Of a stretch of 64,000 bases of DNA, positions 29,372-38,167 are shown piece by piece. Source of the stretch: a virus; IMG/VR virus record IMGVR_UViG_3300036985_007703, positions 64,001 through 128,000 of that record; one strand, written 5' to 3'. The first letter of the stretch is position 1. Every line of letters begins with the position of its first letter. The notes below the pieces were generated by a model, which saw only the letters and a program-made list of their open reading frames with translations, was not told the origin of the DNA and searched no databases. Position numbers and translations under genes: made by a program.

Positions 29372-29391
29372 TCGCGCATGCGCATACGCAG
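29372..29391. promoter_or_regulatory. Conserved 20-bp palindrome, copy 3
   Basis: TCGCGCATGCGCATACGCAG between the spike stop and the next RBS. Confidence 0.7.
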
Positions 29392-29396
29392 CGCCG

Positions 29397-30365
29397 TCAC
29401 CCGATCGATACCACCTCGGACAGCTCCTTGTAGAGCATCGGCGGGGGGGTCGGCCCCGGCGTGCTGGGGGCCCCCGGCGCCGCGCACATGTGCTGGTGGA
29501 TCATCGACCACGCCAGGAACTTCATGCCCCGCACCGCGGGCTCGAACACCGGCCCAGCCCCGAGGCAGACCTTGCCCGCGTTCAGCCACGCCTTGCCCCC
29601 CGCCATCACCGTGGCATCCCCCGGCGCGCTCAGCGTCGCGGCCTTCCCGTCGAGCGCCAGCATGGCCCCGCTCTGGTTCGCCAGCGTGATCTTGTCCTTG
29701 CCCAGCGTGAGCCACGCGAGCACCTGGTTGGTGTCGGGGTCCACGTTCATGATCGTGACGCTCGCGTTCTTCGCGTCGATCGCGAGGTGCGTGCCGCTCT
29801 CCGCCATGAGGAGGATCCCGCCGTCCTTGTCCAGCGTGATCACGCTCCCGCTCTCCACCCCGCTGCCGTCGCCCTTGGCCAGCGTGATGTGCAGGTCCTC
29901 GGGCTTGTCGCCGAACCGCAGGTAGTGTCCCGCCGGCGTCTTGAACCCCTTGCGGAAGGCCTCCCCGCTCGCCGTCAGGGCCGTCCCCGCGGCGTCCTTG
30001 GGCAGCCACCCCCCGAGGTACACGGGCACCGTCTGGTCCCCGTGCTCGAACATCACCCACACGGCGTCCCCCACCTCGGGCGGCACGAAGAGGCCGTGCA
30101 TCTGCCCCGCCGCCCCCTTCGCGAGCCCCGGCCAGCAGGGGAGCGCCCAGTAGCCCTTCGGCACCTCGGCCTCCGTCGCCATGCCCAACGCCGGCACCTG
30201 GATGCGGCAGCGCCCCCGCTTCTCCTCGTCCTTGTTGTCGACGACGAGCCCCGTATAGAGCCCGTAGTAGCGGTTCGCGTGGTTCTCCAGGCCGTCCGCG
30301 TGGATCGCGTCCATCACGTAGCCCGCGGGGTCGTTCTTGCGGCGGCTGTCGGAGAGGTCGAACAT
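29397..30365 (-). CDS. Central baseplate spike (gp5/gpV/VgrG-type OB-fold plus beta-helix)
   Basis: YYG.Y.G.VVDN.D....GR..IQVP, WA.P, PPEVGD.VWVMFE.GD...PV.LG; C-terminal HQH, like the metal-binding HxH of P2 gpV-type spikes. Confidence 0.9.
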   Translation of the reverse strand: MFDLSDSRRKNDPAGYVMDAIHADGLENHANRYYGLYTGLVVDNKDEEKRGRCRIQVPALGMATEAEVPKGYWALPCWPGLAKGAAGQMHGLFVPPEVGDAVWVMFEHGDQTVPVYLGGWLPKDAAGTALTASGEAFRKGFKTPAGHYLRFGDKPEDLHITLAKGDGSGVESGSVITLDKDGGILLMAESGTHLAIDAKNASVTIMNVDPDTNQVLAWLTLGKDKITLANQSGAMLALDGKAATLSAPGDATVMAGGKAWLNAGKVCLGAGPVFEPAVRGMKFLAWSMIHQHMCAAPGAPSTPGPTPPPMLYKELSEVVSIG

Positions 30366-30368
30366 CGT

Positions 30369-31781
30369 TCAGGCCTCCTTCATGGGCTGCGCCTGGGTCT
30401 GCGTCTGCGCCAGGTTGCTCGTCTGCGTGGAGCCCCACTTCACCAGCTCCAGCACCGTCTTCCAATCCCCCGGCGCGTAGTTGTGCGTGAGCTTGTTCAC
30501 CACGTAGGTCGAGTTGATCATCGAGCTGCACCCCGCCACCGCCACCACCGCGGCCGGCTGGATCTTGGGCAGGCCCAGGGTCGTCACCGTGAGCTGGATC
30601 GCCATGCGGTCCGCCGCCCCCACGCCCTGCGCCGCCAGCTCCGAGGCCGCCTTGGCCCCCGCCACGCCGCCCGGCGCCGCCACCGCCCGGTTCGCCGGCA
30701 CGCCCTTCTTGCCACCGGGATCCACCTTGACGTCCGCCTGCAGGTCCCCCCGCTTGTCGTCCTGCGCCTCGGCCGCCACGGCGCTCCCCTTGGGGTCGCC
30801 CGGCCGCTCCCCGTCCTTCGGCCAGTTCCACACCGGCTCCAGGACGAGCCCCGTGTCCTTCTCCAGCATGATCGCCCGCGTCCCCGCCGTGGCCCCCGGC
30901 ACGGGCACCTGGTCCCACTTGCGGCCCTCCGCCCACATCGCCGCCCCCCCGCTGAACGACACGTCCAGGATCGGGTACTGCGCCGGCGTCGCCGTGGGGT
31001 CGAAGAGCCCCCGCAGCACCAGGCTGTACGTCGTGCTCTGCGTCGCGGAGTACCCCTTGGGGTAGTAGAAGATCGCCGGCTTGAAGCTCGACACCGAGGC
31101 AATCGCGTAGCCGAAGTGAAAGTCCAGGTTCGCCAGGCTCAGGATGCGCCGCACCGTGCGCATCAGCGCCATGCTGCCCATCACCGCGTAGGCCGCCCCC
31201 TCCAGGTCCTTGCCCCCCACGCTGATCTGCTTGGACAGCGCATCCAGCTTCGCCGCGCCATCCCCCAGCGGGATCGCCGTGTACCCCATGGCCAGCGCCA
31301 GCCCCTCGAAGATCGCCTTGGCCGAGGTCAGCGCGAGGTCGTCCCCCGGCTTCACGTACTCCATCTGCCGCGCGTCCCGGAAGCTCGCCGTGAGCGACCC
31401 GCTCAGCTTGTCGCTGCTCAGCGCGAGCCCATCCCCGCCCTTGCCCAGGAACCCCGCGTAGTCCTCCGTGACCTCCGTCGCGCTGCCCGCGAGGTAGCCG
31501 ATGCGCGCGCGCACGAGGTTGCCGAAGTCGAACGCGCCCTGCTCCAGCAGGTAGATGCCCTCCTGGTAGGGGGCCTCAATGCCGATCGTGAGCCCGTCGT
31601 GCGTCCCCCCCTTGCTCATGGTCACGCTCACCGAGGTCACGAAGGGGCCGCCCATCACGGCGTCGCTCGACGGGGCGTTCCCCGTGGGCCAGCGCCCCAC
31701 GTCGAAGACCCAGGCCTTGCCCGCCTTGTTGCGGATCTCCACCTGCGCGAAGGGGGCAAAGAAGTCCGCGGTCCCCGCCAT
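30369..31781 (-). CDS. Baseplate hub (gp27 / P2 gpD-like)
   Basis: Lies between the LysM-like gene and the spike; C-terminal T.G.P.I.P...V.V.G......TY.V..LTH......W.T.LEL. Confidence 0.75.
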   Translation of the reverse strand: MAGTADFFAPFAQVEIRNKAGKAWVFDVGRWPTGNAPSSDAVMGGPFVTSVSVTMSKGGTHDGLTIGIEAPYQEGIYLLEQGAFDFGNLVRARIGYLAGSATEVTEDYAGFLGKGGDGLALSSDKLSGSLTASFRDARQMEYVKPGDDLALTSAKAIFEGLALAMGYTAIPLGDGAAKLDALSKQISVGGKDLEGAAYAVMGSMALMRTVRRILSLANLDFHFGYAIASVSSFKPAIFYYPKGYSATQSTTYSLVLRGLFDPTATPAQYPILDVSFSGGAAMWAEGRKWDQVPVPGATAGTRAIMLEKDTGLVLEPVWNWPKDGERPGDPKGSAVAAEAQDDKRGDLQADVKVDPGGKKGVPANRAVAAPGGVAGAKAASELAAQGVGAADRMAIQLTVTTLGLPKIQPAAVVAVAGCSSMINSTYVVNKLTHNYAPGDWKTVLELVKWGSTQTSNLAQTQTQAQPMKEA

Positions 31782-32144
31782 CTAGCGCCCTCCCAGGATC
31801 CGGTTGCGCACGTAGTCCGCCGCCGGCACGTAGAGCGTCATCCCCGGATAGATCTCGTTGTCCGGCAGGTCGAGCCCGTTGCGCAGGGCGAGCACCCACC
31901 ACAAGGCCTCGTCCTGGTAGTACTCCAGCGCGATCTGGTCCAGGCGCTTGGCGCGCCCCTCGATCACCACCGCCGACTCATGGTTGGCCACGTCCGGCAG
32001 CGCGGGGGGCTCGAACGGCGTGTAGAACCGCACGTAGGCGTCCGCCTCGCTGTCGAATACGTACTCCTCGGCCATGCGGCGCATGGGCGAGGAGACCGGC
32101 GCCTGGAGCGTCCGCAGCGTGTTGCCCTTCCCGAGATCCGCCAT
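31782..32144 (-). CDS. LysM-like baseplate protein (gp53 / P2 gpX-like)
   Basis: RLDQIA.EYY.D..LWWVLA..N.L......I.PG..L.VP. Confidence 0.85.
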   Translation of the reverse strand: MADLGKGNTLRTLQAPVSSPMRRMAEEYVFDSEADAYVRFYTPFEPPALPDVANHESAVVIEGRAKRLDQIALEYYQDEALWWVLALRNGLDLPDNEIYPGMTLYVPAADYVRNRILGGR

Positions 32145-32152
32145 CGCCTACC

Positions 32153-35100
32153 TCACTTCGGCGGGGGCGCCGCCGCCCCGTTGCCCTGCGGGATCTGCGC
32201 CCACCCGCTGCCCGCCCCCGGCGTCCAGCCCTTGAGCCCCGCCGTGTTGTCCTTGATCTCCGTGAGCACCTTGCGCGTCTCCACGCCATCCAACACCACC
32301 GCGTTGATGACCCCGTAGAGCCCGCTCATGTCGAGGCTCGACTTGAGGACCTTCTTGTCGTCCTCGGTCAAGATGCCCGCATACTGCGCCGTGATCTTCC
32401 CGAAGATCTCCTGGTTGATCGGGCTGTTCTTGAACTCCTCCAAGGCCTTGGCCTGGAAGGCGTCGATCGCGAACACGGCCGACTGCTCCAGCACCGTCGC
32501 GAAGCCCGTCTCGAAGGAGGCCTGCGCCCCCGTGATGCCGTCCATGAGGCACTCCAGGACGTTCGCGCCGGCGTCCCATAGCACGTAGCCCGACAGCGGC
32601 CCCTCCTTCGGGGGGCTGTTGCCGAAGATCTGGTTGCCAATGCTCTTCGTGAAGGTGTCCCCCACCGTCTTCGTCATCTGCGGCTCGGCCTCGACCACCC
32701 CCTTGCCGACCTCGCCCAGGATCGTGATGCCCGCCGCCGCGGCCTTCGCGATCAGCTCCTGCGAGGGCCCCGCCACGCTCTGCCCATAGGCCTCGGCGAG
32801 CCGCACCTGCAGGTTGTTCGCCTGAATCATCATCTGGTCGATGTCGGCCTGGCCCTTGGCGGCCCACGCCTTCTGCAGCGTGTCGAGCTGCTCGTACCGG
32901 AACTGGTCCTTGCGCTGCTGGATCTGCCACGGGGCGAAGTCCTTGCTCCCGAACTCCCCCGCCTTCTCCTTCGCCGCGGCCTTCTGCTCGATCTCCGCGG
33001 CCTGCATCTGGAAGGCCGGCAGCGCCTGGACCTTGGAGAAGGTCGCCGCCATGCGGCCCATGTCGATCTTCTGCCCCGAGACCCCGCTGACGTAGTTGCT
33101 CCCCTTCAGGCGCCCCGTCTCGCCCGCGTAGTCCTTCTGGGTGCGTAGGGCGCTCTTGAGCGTCTGGTCCATCTTGGTCACGTCGCCCGTGGTGCCCGTC
33201 CGCCCAAAGTCCTCGGTGATGTTCTGCCGGTCGATGCGCGTGGCCTCCTGGAGGCCCTTAACCTTCTTGTACTGCGCGTCGATCTTCGCCTCGGCCTTGG
33301 CAATCTGCTCGTCGAGCCCCTTGTTCAGGTAGTCAAACCACGCGTTGATCGCCACCACGCCGATCCCCGTGATGATCCCCGCGAGCCCGAGCAGGCCGGG
33401 GCTCGCCTGGGCCGCGGCCCCGATCCCGTTGAACGCCAGGCCCAGGGCGCCCCCCACCACCTTCGTGATGAGCGTCCCCACGCCGGGGATCTGCGCGGCG
33501 AGGCCCCCGACCACCCCCACCATCGCGACCTTCCCGAGGACGCCCGCGTTGTCCCACATCTTGCCGAAGAACTCCTTGAGCTTGGCAATCCCCTGGTCGA
33601 TGGGGCCGCCCTCGCTCGTGAGGTAGGCCCACGCGTCCTCCCCCGCCTTCGCGATGGCCGGCCACACCGACTCCTTGAACCACTTGGTGAAGTCCGTCCA
33701 CCCCGCCTTCACGTGCGGCACGATCTTGTCCCAGACCGCCCACGCCTGCTCCTTGATCTTCACCCACATGGGCTCGAACTGCTTCCAAATCTCGTCCCGC
33801 GTGGCCTGCGGCAGCATGAACCACCCCGCGATGCCCCCGACGATCCCCGCGAAGGGCCCCATGCCCAGGGTCTCCATGAGCGGCGCGATCGACTCGCGGA
33901 CCTTGCCCACGCCGTCCATCGCCAGCTCCAGGCCGATCCCGAACTTCTGGGCCTCCTTGGTGTTCATCCCCATCTGCTTGCCGAAGTGGAGCATCACCCC
34001 CTTGGCGCCCATCTGGTCGAACACGCTGTAGGCCTTGATGAGCGGCCCCCACGTGGCGTCGCTGGCCATCAGCTTGGCCTGCTTGCCCATCTCCTTGTAG
34101 CTCGCGATCTCCTCCTTCACGAACCCCTTGACCTCGGGGCGCGTGATCGCGCGGATGCGCGTCTGGAACATCTCCTTGGCCATGTCGAGGCCCTCCTGCA
34201 GGGTGCGCCCGCTGGAATAGGAGTCGTTCGCGAACTTCTTGAGGGCCCCGTCCGCCTTGACCGTGGCCGTGCTCATCTTCGCCAGGGCGTCCGCGCCCTG
34301 CGTCGTGCTCATGGCCAGGTAGACCGCGTTGCTGCCGGCCTCCCCGAAGGTCTCCGTGAGGTCGCCGAGGACCGCAGCGTCGAGCTGCTTCCCGCTCGCC
34401 TGCGCGGCCTTCATCCACTTGCCCATCTCGGCCATGCCGGCCGCGGAGTCCTGCGAGCCGAGGGCGATCATGCGCATCGCCTCCTCGGTCCCCATCCCGA
34501 GGGCGCTGAGCTTCGTGAAGATGTCCGGCATCTCCCCGAGGCCGAGCTGCGCGCGCTCCACCGCCACCTGCCACTCGAGGAACTTGTTGGATGTCTCCGA
34601 GGCCGCCTTCGAGGCCTCCTCCCCGCTGAGCCCCATCTGGTGGTAGGCCCCCGCGAGGCGCACCGAGGCCTGCACCGTGCTCTGGATCTCGTCCGCCGAG
34701 CGCATGTGCGTGGCCACCTGCTTGGCGAGGATCGTGTTGAGGCCGCCCATCTGCTCGCCCATCTGGGTGAACATCTGCGCGCCGATCCCGCCCTGGTTGC
34801 CCATGGCGACCATGTACTCCAAGGTCTGCTTGGCCTGCTTGCCCGTGAAGCCCCACGACGCCACGAGGTCCCCGCCCAGGGCCCCGAGCTGCTCCGTGGC
34901 CATGCCCGTGCCCTCGGCGAGCTTCACGAACTCCTGCGTGCTCATCCCCAGCTCCTTGAACACGCTCTTCGAGGCCTCGCCCGCGTTGCGCAGGGCCCCC
35001 ATCGTCTTGACGACGGTCTCCACGCCCACGTTCATGCCGTAGGCCATGCCCGAGGCCTGCCCCGTGAGCTTCTTTAGCTCCGCCCCCGTGACGCCCATCA

Positions 35101-35479
35101 TCGCCAGGGCGGGCCGCGCCTGCTGCGCGTAGCTCGCCCCGATGCTCTCCATGCTATTGCTGAGGTTCCCGCTGTCCTGCGTGAGGCTGCGGACGCCGCT
35201 CGCGATCGTCGAGAGGTTGAAGCTGTTGACGCGGTTCCTGACGCTATTGGAGAAGGCCCCCGCGAGGCCCTTGGCCATGCCCCCCACCCCCAACGCGGCC
35301 CGGCCCGCGCCGCCCGCCACGGCCTTGAGGGCCCCCGCGAGCTTGCCCCCCGCCGCGAGGCCGTTCTGCGTGGCCAACCCCTTGTTGATCTTGGTGATCG
35401 AGTCGAGCGCGGACCCCATGGCCCGGCCCATGCCGTCGTCCCGCGCCCCAAAGCTAAAGGCGAACCCGAGCTTGGCCAT
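32153..35479 (-). CDS. Tail tape measure protein
   Basis: 1108 aa, Ala/Gly/Met-rich and helical, with Trp-periodic and hydrophobic segments; follows the frameshifted chaperone. Confidence 0.88.
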   Translation of the reverse strand: MAKLGFAFSFGARDDGMGRAMGSALDSITKINKGLATQNGLAAGGKLAGALKAVAGGAGRAALGVGGMAKGLAGAFSNSVRNRVNSFNLSTIASGVRSLTQDSGNLSNSMESIGASYAQQARPALAMMGVTGAELKKLTGQASGMAYGMNVGVETVVKTMGALRNAGEASKSVFKELGMSTQEFVKLAEGTGMATEQLGALGGDLVASWGFTGKQAKQTLEYMVAMGNQGGIGAQMFTQMGEQMGGLNTILAKQVATHMRSADEIQSTVQASVRLAGAYHQMGLSGEEASKAASETSNKFLEWQVAVERAQLGLGEMPDIFTKLSALGMGTEEAMRMIALGSQDSAAGMAEMGKWMKAAQASGKQLDAAVLGDLTETFGEAGSNAVYLAMSTTQGADALAKMSTATVKADGALKKFANDSYSSGRTLQEGLDMAKEMFQTRIRAITRPEVKGFVKEEIASYKEMGKQAKLMASDATWGPLIKAYSVFDQMGAKGVMLHFGKQMGMNTKEAQKFGIGLELAMDGVGKVRESIAPLMETLGMGPFAGIVGGIAGWFMLPQATRDEIWKQFEPMWVKIKEQAWAVWDKIVPHVKAGWTDFTKWFKESVWPAIAKAGEDAWAYLTSEGGPIDQGIAKLKEFFGKMWDNAGVLGKVAMVGVVGGLAAQIPGVGTLITKVVGGALGLAFNGIGAAAQASPGLLGLAGIITGIGVVAINAWFDYLNKGLDEQIAKAEAKIDAQYKKVKGLQEATRIDRQNITEDFGRTGTTGDVTKMDQTLKSALRTQKDYAGETGRLKGSNYVSGVSGQKIDMGRMAATFSKVQALPAFQMQAAEIEQKAAAKEKAGEFGSKDFAPWQIQQRKDQFRYEQLDTLQKAWAAKGQADIDQMMIQANNLQVRLAEAYGQSVAGPSQELIAKAAAAGITILGEVGKGVVEAEPQMTKTVGDTFTKSIGNQIFGNSPPKEGPLSGYVLWDAGANVLECLMDGITGAQASFETGFATVLEQSAVFAIDAFQAKALEEFKNSPINQEIFGKITAQYAGILTEDDKKVLKSSLDMSGLYGVINAVVLDGVETRKVLTEIKDNTAGLKGWTPGAGSGWAQIPQGNGAAAPPPK

Positions 35480-35499
35480 CGTACCCTCTCCGCCCCCGG

Positions 35500-35519
35500 T
35501 TGCGCATGCGCATGCGCGG
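35500..35519. promoter_or_regulatory. Conserved 20-bp palindrome, copy 4
   Basis: TTGCGCATGCGCATGCGCGG between the stop at 35522 and the tape measure RBS. Confidence 0.7.
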
Positions 35520-35521
35520 CC

Positions 35522-35719
35522 CTATCGCCGCCGCCGTGCTCGCGCCGTGTTCGCCTCGCGCTGCCCCGCGCGCCGCTGCTCCATCTCCATCTTCTCCCGC
35601 AGCAGCCGCTGGCGCCGGCTGTAGGGCATCGCCATCGCGTCGGTGTAGTTCAACCCCATGTGTTCGATGAGGGAGAACACATCCGACTCTAGCGCCCCGA
35701 CGCTGCCGACGGGAAGAAA
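35522..35719 (-). CDS. -1 frameshift extension of the tail assembly chaperone (gpT/E'-like)
   Basis: The -1 frame after the slippery site reads FLPVGSVGALESDVFSLIEHMGLNYTDAMAMPYSRRQRLL...; no obvious RBS/start of its own. Confidence 0.8.
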   Translation of the reverse strand, partial: FLPVGSVGALESDVFSLIEHMGLNYTDAMAMPYSRRQRLLREKMEMEQRRAGQREANTARARRRR

Positions 35720-36552
35720 AAACCCGGCTGTGACACGTCCAGGCTCGCCGTCCACTCGTGCTCGCACGCCGCGCACGCGAACTCCACCTTGTCGTCGATC
35801 CCGCCCTCGCGCTCGTCGAACGCGACCCGCAGGCGCTCGCGGTCCCGCAGGGGCAGCGCCTTGAGCGCCCGGAGGGTCTCCGCCCACCCGCGGTCGCGGT
35901 CCAGGGGCCGCCCATCCACGTGCGTCACGCGGGCCGCCAGCGACAGCGTGGCGAGGTCGTCATCGCTGCCCTTGCGCTTACGCGCCGCCCACTCCTCGTC
36001 CTCCACCCCCATCACGCGCCACACCGCGGTGCGCCCGCTGGGGAGGGGCTCCTCGAAGATCCGCACCGCGCGATCCGGCATCGCCGTGATCGCCAGCTCG
36101 CTGAGGTCCACCGCAAACGGGGTCTCCTTCCCGCACTTCGGGCAGACCACCCGCATGTCGTAAAGGTCGCCCAGGGAAGCCCGCCGCACCGCGATCAGCA
36201 GCACCGAGCGGTCCATCGAGGTCAAGACGTGCGCCACCCCCCGCAGGGCCCCGCGCCCCGTGAGGGTCCCCAGCTGCACCAGGCAGTTGCCGATCATGCG
36301 GTTCAACCGCGCGATCACCGGCCCCTTGCCCGCCAGAATGTCCTCCTCCGTGCCCGACATCTCCTGCACGATATACGTGAAGTGGATCTGGCCCTCCGCG
36401 TCGATGTGCCCGCACGGCAGCTCGCCGCCGATCGTCGCCGCGCGCGGGTCGTGCAGGTTCACGCCCGCCTTCCCCTGCTCGACCACGGGCGCCGGCGCCG
36501 GCCCCGCTCCTTGCTCCGCTGGCTGCTCTTCCACGTGCTGCTCCGTCATCAT
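35689..36552 (-). CDS. Tail assembly chaperone with CxxC pairs
   Basis: E+SG.EEDIL, DR..LL.A+RR.SLG, CPKC, CAAC and a terminal FFFP; directly upstream of the tape measure. Confidence 0.85.
   Translation of the reverse strand: MMTEQHVEEQPAEQGAGPAPAPVVEQGKAGVNLHDPRAATIGGELPCGHIDAEGQIHFTYIVQEMSGTEEDILAGKGPVIARLNRMIGNCLVQLGTLTGRGALRGVAHVLTSMDRSVLLIAVRRASLGDLYDMRVVCPKCGKETPFAVDLSELAITAMPDRAVRIFEEPLPSGRTAVWRVMGVEDEEWAARKRKGSDDDLATLSLAARVTHVDGRPLDRDRGWAETLRALKALPLRDRERLRVAFDEREGGIDDKVEFACAACEHEWTASLDVSQPGFFFPSAASGR
35716..35725 (-). other. Programmed -1 ribosomal frameshift site G GGT TTT TTC
   Basis: Overlapping in-frame X XXY YYZ heptamers G-GGT-TTT and T-TTT-TTC near the chaperone stop. Confidence 0.85.
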
Positions 36553-36755
36553 GCTCCGCCTTCCGCTGGTTGCTTCTCCTCAGTCAACATGGTCGGGGCC
36601 CCCACCGCCCGCAGCCGCGCCTCGACCGCGCGTTCCTCCAGGCAGTACGCGTACATGCGCTCCCGCACCACATCGGAGACCGTGCGCCCGGACCGCGCCG
36701 CGTGCCGCGTCAGCTCCTCGTAGATGTCCTGCTTGATCTCGACGTTTAACCGCAT
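36549..36755 (-). CDS. Ribbon-helix-helix (CopG/Arc-like) DNA-binding protein
   Basis: MRLNVEIKQDIYEELTRHAARSGRTVSDVVRE fits the RHH pattern; ATG 36755 follows AAGGAG. Confidence 0.8.
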   Translation of the reverse strand: MRLNVEIKQDIYEELTRHAARSGRTVSDVVRERMYAYCLEERAVEARLRAVGAPTMLTEEKQPAEGGA

Positions 36756-36774
36756 GGTGGGGCTCCTTGTGTCG

Positions 36775-36803
36775 ATCTTACTCAAGGCCCCCGCCGCCCG
36801 CAA
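36775..36803 (-). promoter_or_regulatory. Putative sigma70-type promoter for the RHH gene
   Basis: TTGCGG-17 nt-TAAGAT about 20 nt upstream of the ATG. Confidence 0.5.
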
Positions 36804-36813
36804 GTTTGTGGGA

Positions 36814-37794
36814 TCAGGCCTGCGCCACCGGCTGCTGTTGGGCGCGCCCCGCCGCCGCCTCGCGGTCGATTGCCGCCCCGCGCTTGGTCAGCTCCGCATC
36901 CGCGGCCTTCGCGCGCTGCTTCGCCGCCGCCTTGGCCTTCAGGCGCTCCTTCGCCGCCGCCGCATCCCGCTTGGTGGGCGCCGCGGCCTTCTTCTTGGCG
37001 CCCTGGCTCGCCAGCGCCTTGGCCGCGTGCTTGCTCGGGCCCGTGCCCCCACCAGCCCGGTGCTTGGCGATCAGCTTGAGGGCCGCCGCCGCCGCCTTCA
37101 CGCGCTTCGCATCGCCCCGCCCCATGCCCTGCTGCATCATGGAGAGGGCCCGCACCAGCTCCTTGTCGCCGCCCTTGCGTGCCGCCTTCAGCGCCTTGCC
37201 CACCTTCGCGGTGGTCTCCTGCGCCTTCGCCGTCTGGTAGGCCGCGTGGACCGTGCGCGCGCTCGCCGCCACGCCCCGCCCCAACGTCTTGAGCCCGCGC
37301 CCCGTGGCCCGCAGGGCCTTGCCGAAGCGCGACTTCATGAGCTGCTTGCCCTTCTTCTTGAGGGCCTTCTTGACCACCTTGAGCTTGTGCTTGCCCCGCC
37401 GCTTGAGGGCCGCCGCCTTGCCGCCCAGCACCGCGATCTTGTGCCGCATCTCGGGCGACATCGCGTCCTTGGCCGCGCCCCAGCCCTTCTTGGCCAGCCG
37501 CGCCGTGCCCTGGGCCGCCGCCTTGCCCACCGCGGCCCCCGCCCGGCCCAGCCCCTTGGCCGCCGCCTGGCCGAGGATGCCCGCCATGCGCGTCCCCACG
37601 CCCTCGTCAAGTTGCTGGCCCGCCGGCGTCAGGGCCTCCACGCGCACGAGCCCCTTGCGCATGCGCATGCGCGCCCCGCGCCCCGGCAGCGCCCCCGCCG
37701 CCACGAGCCCCGGCCGGATCGTCCCCGGCCGCTTGCGGGGCATCCGGCTCCCCAGCGGCACGGGGACCCCCGCCACGTTTGCGCTCGTGATCAC
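36814..37794 (-). CDS. Highly basic Lys/Ala/Arg-rich (histone H1-like composition) protein, putative internal head protein
   Basis: 326 aa, extreme K/A/R content, LDE|G site before the basic region. Confidence 0.65.
   Translation of the reverse strand: MITSANVAGVPVPLGSRMPRKRPGTIRPGLVAAGALPGRGARMRMRKGLVRVEALTPAGQQLDEGVGTRMAGILGQAAAKGLGRAGAAVGKAAAQGTARLAKKGWGAAKDAMSPEMRHKIAVLGGKAAALKRRGKHKLKVVKKALKKKGKQLMKSRFGKALRATGRGLKTLGRGVAASARTVHAAYQTAKAQETTAKVGKALKAARKGGDKELVRALSMMQQGMGRGDAKRVKAAAAALKLIAKHRAGGGTGPSKHAAKALASQGAKKKAAAPTKRDAAAAKERLKAKAAAKQRAKAADAELTKRGAAIDREAAAGRAQQQPVAQA
37655..37674. promoter_or_regulatory. Conserved 20-bp palindrome, copy 5 (intragenic)
   Basis: TTGCGCATGCGCATGCGCGC, read as ARMRMRK in the ORF. 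Confidence 0.55.
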
Positions 37795-38141
37795 GGGACG
37801 CCCTCAGCCCCGATCGGCTGTAGGACCACAATGGCCCCGCGCCGGTCGCGCTCCACGACGGCCCGCCAGCCGGCCTCGCGCTCGAAGCGCCGCGCCACCT
37901 GCCGCGCCACCGCCGCCGCGTCGTGCCCCTCCAGGACCGCCCGCAGGCCGCCCCCCTCCTCGATGAAGCGGCAGGCGCGGCCCTTGGTCGCGCGCTCCGC
38001 CTCCATGCGTAGGAGGCGCCCCACGCGCCGCTCCTCGGGGCCCAACCCCGTCGACAGCACCGGGGCCACGGTCTCGTGGGCCCGCACGGCCCGTGGGGTC
38101 GCCACGATCTCGCGCAGCTTCGATGATAGCCGTCCGCGCAT
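37791..38141 (-). CDS. Hypothetical protein with a leader-like N-terminus
   Basis: Start reassigned to ATG 38141 (RBS GAGG; MRGRLSSKLRE); GTGA overlap with the next gene. Confidence 0.6.
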   Translation of the reverse strand: MRGRLSSKLREIVATPRAVRAHETVAPVLSTGLGPEERRVGRLLRMEAERATKGRACRFIEEGGGLRAVLEGHDAAAVARQVARRFEREAGWRAVVERDRRGAIVVLQPIGAEGVP

Positions 38142-38167
38142 GGTCACCTCGTGCGCCCGCAGGCGCG

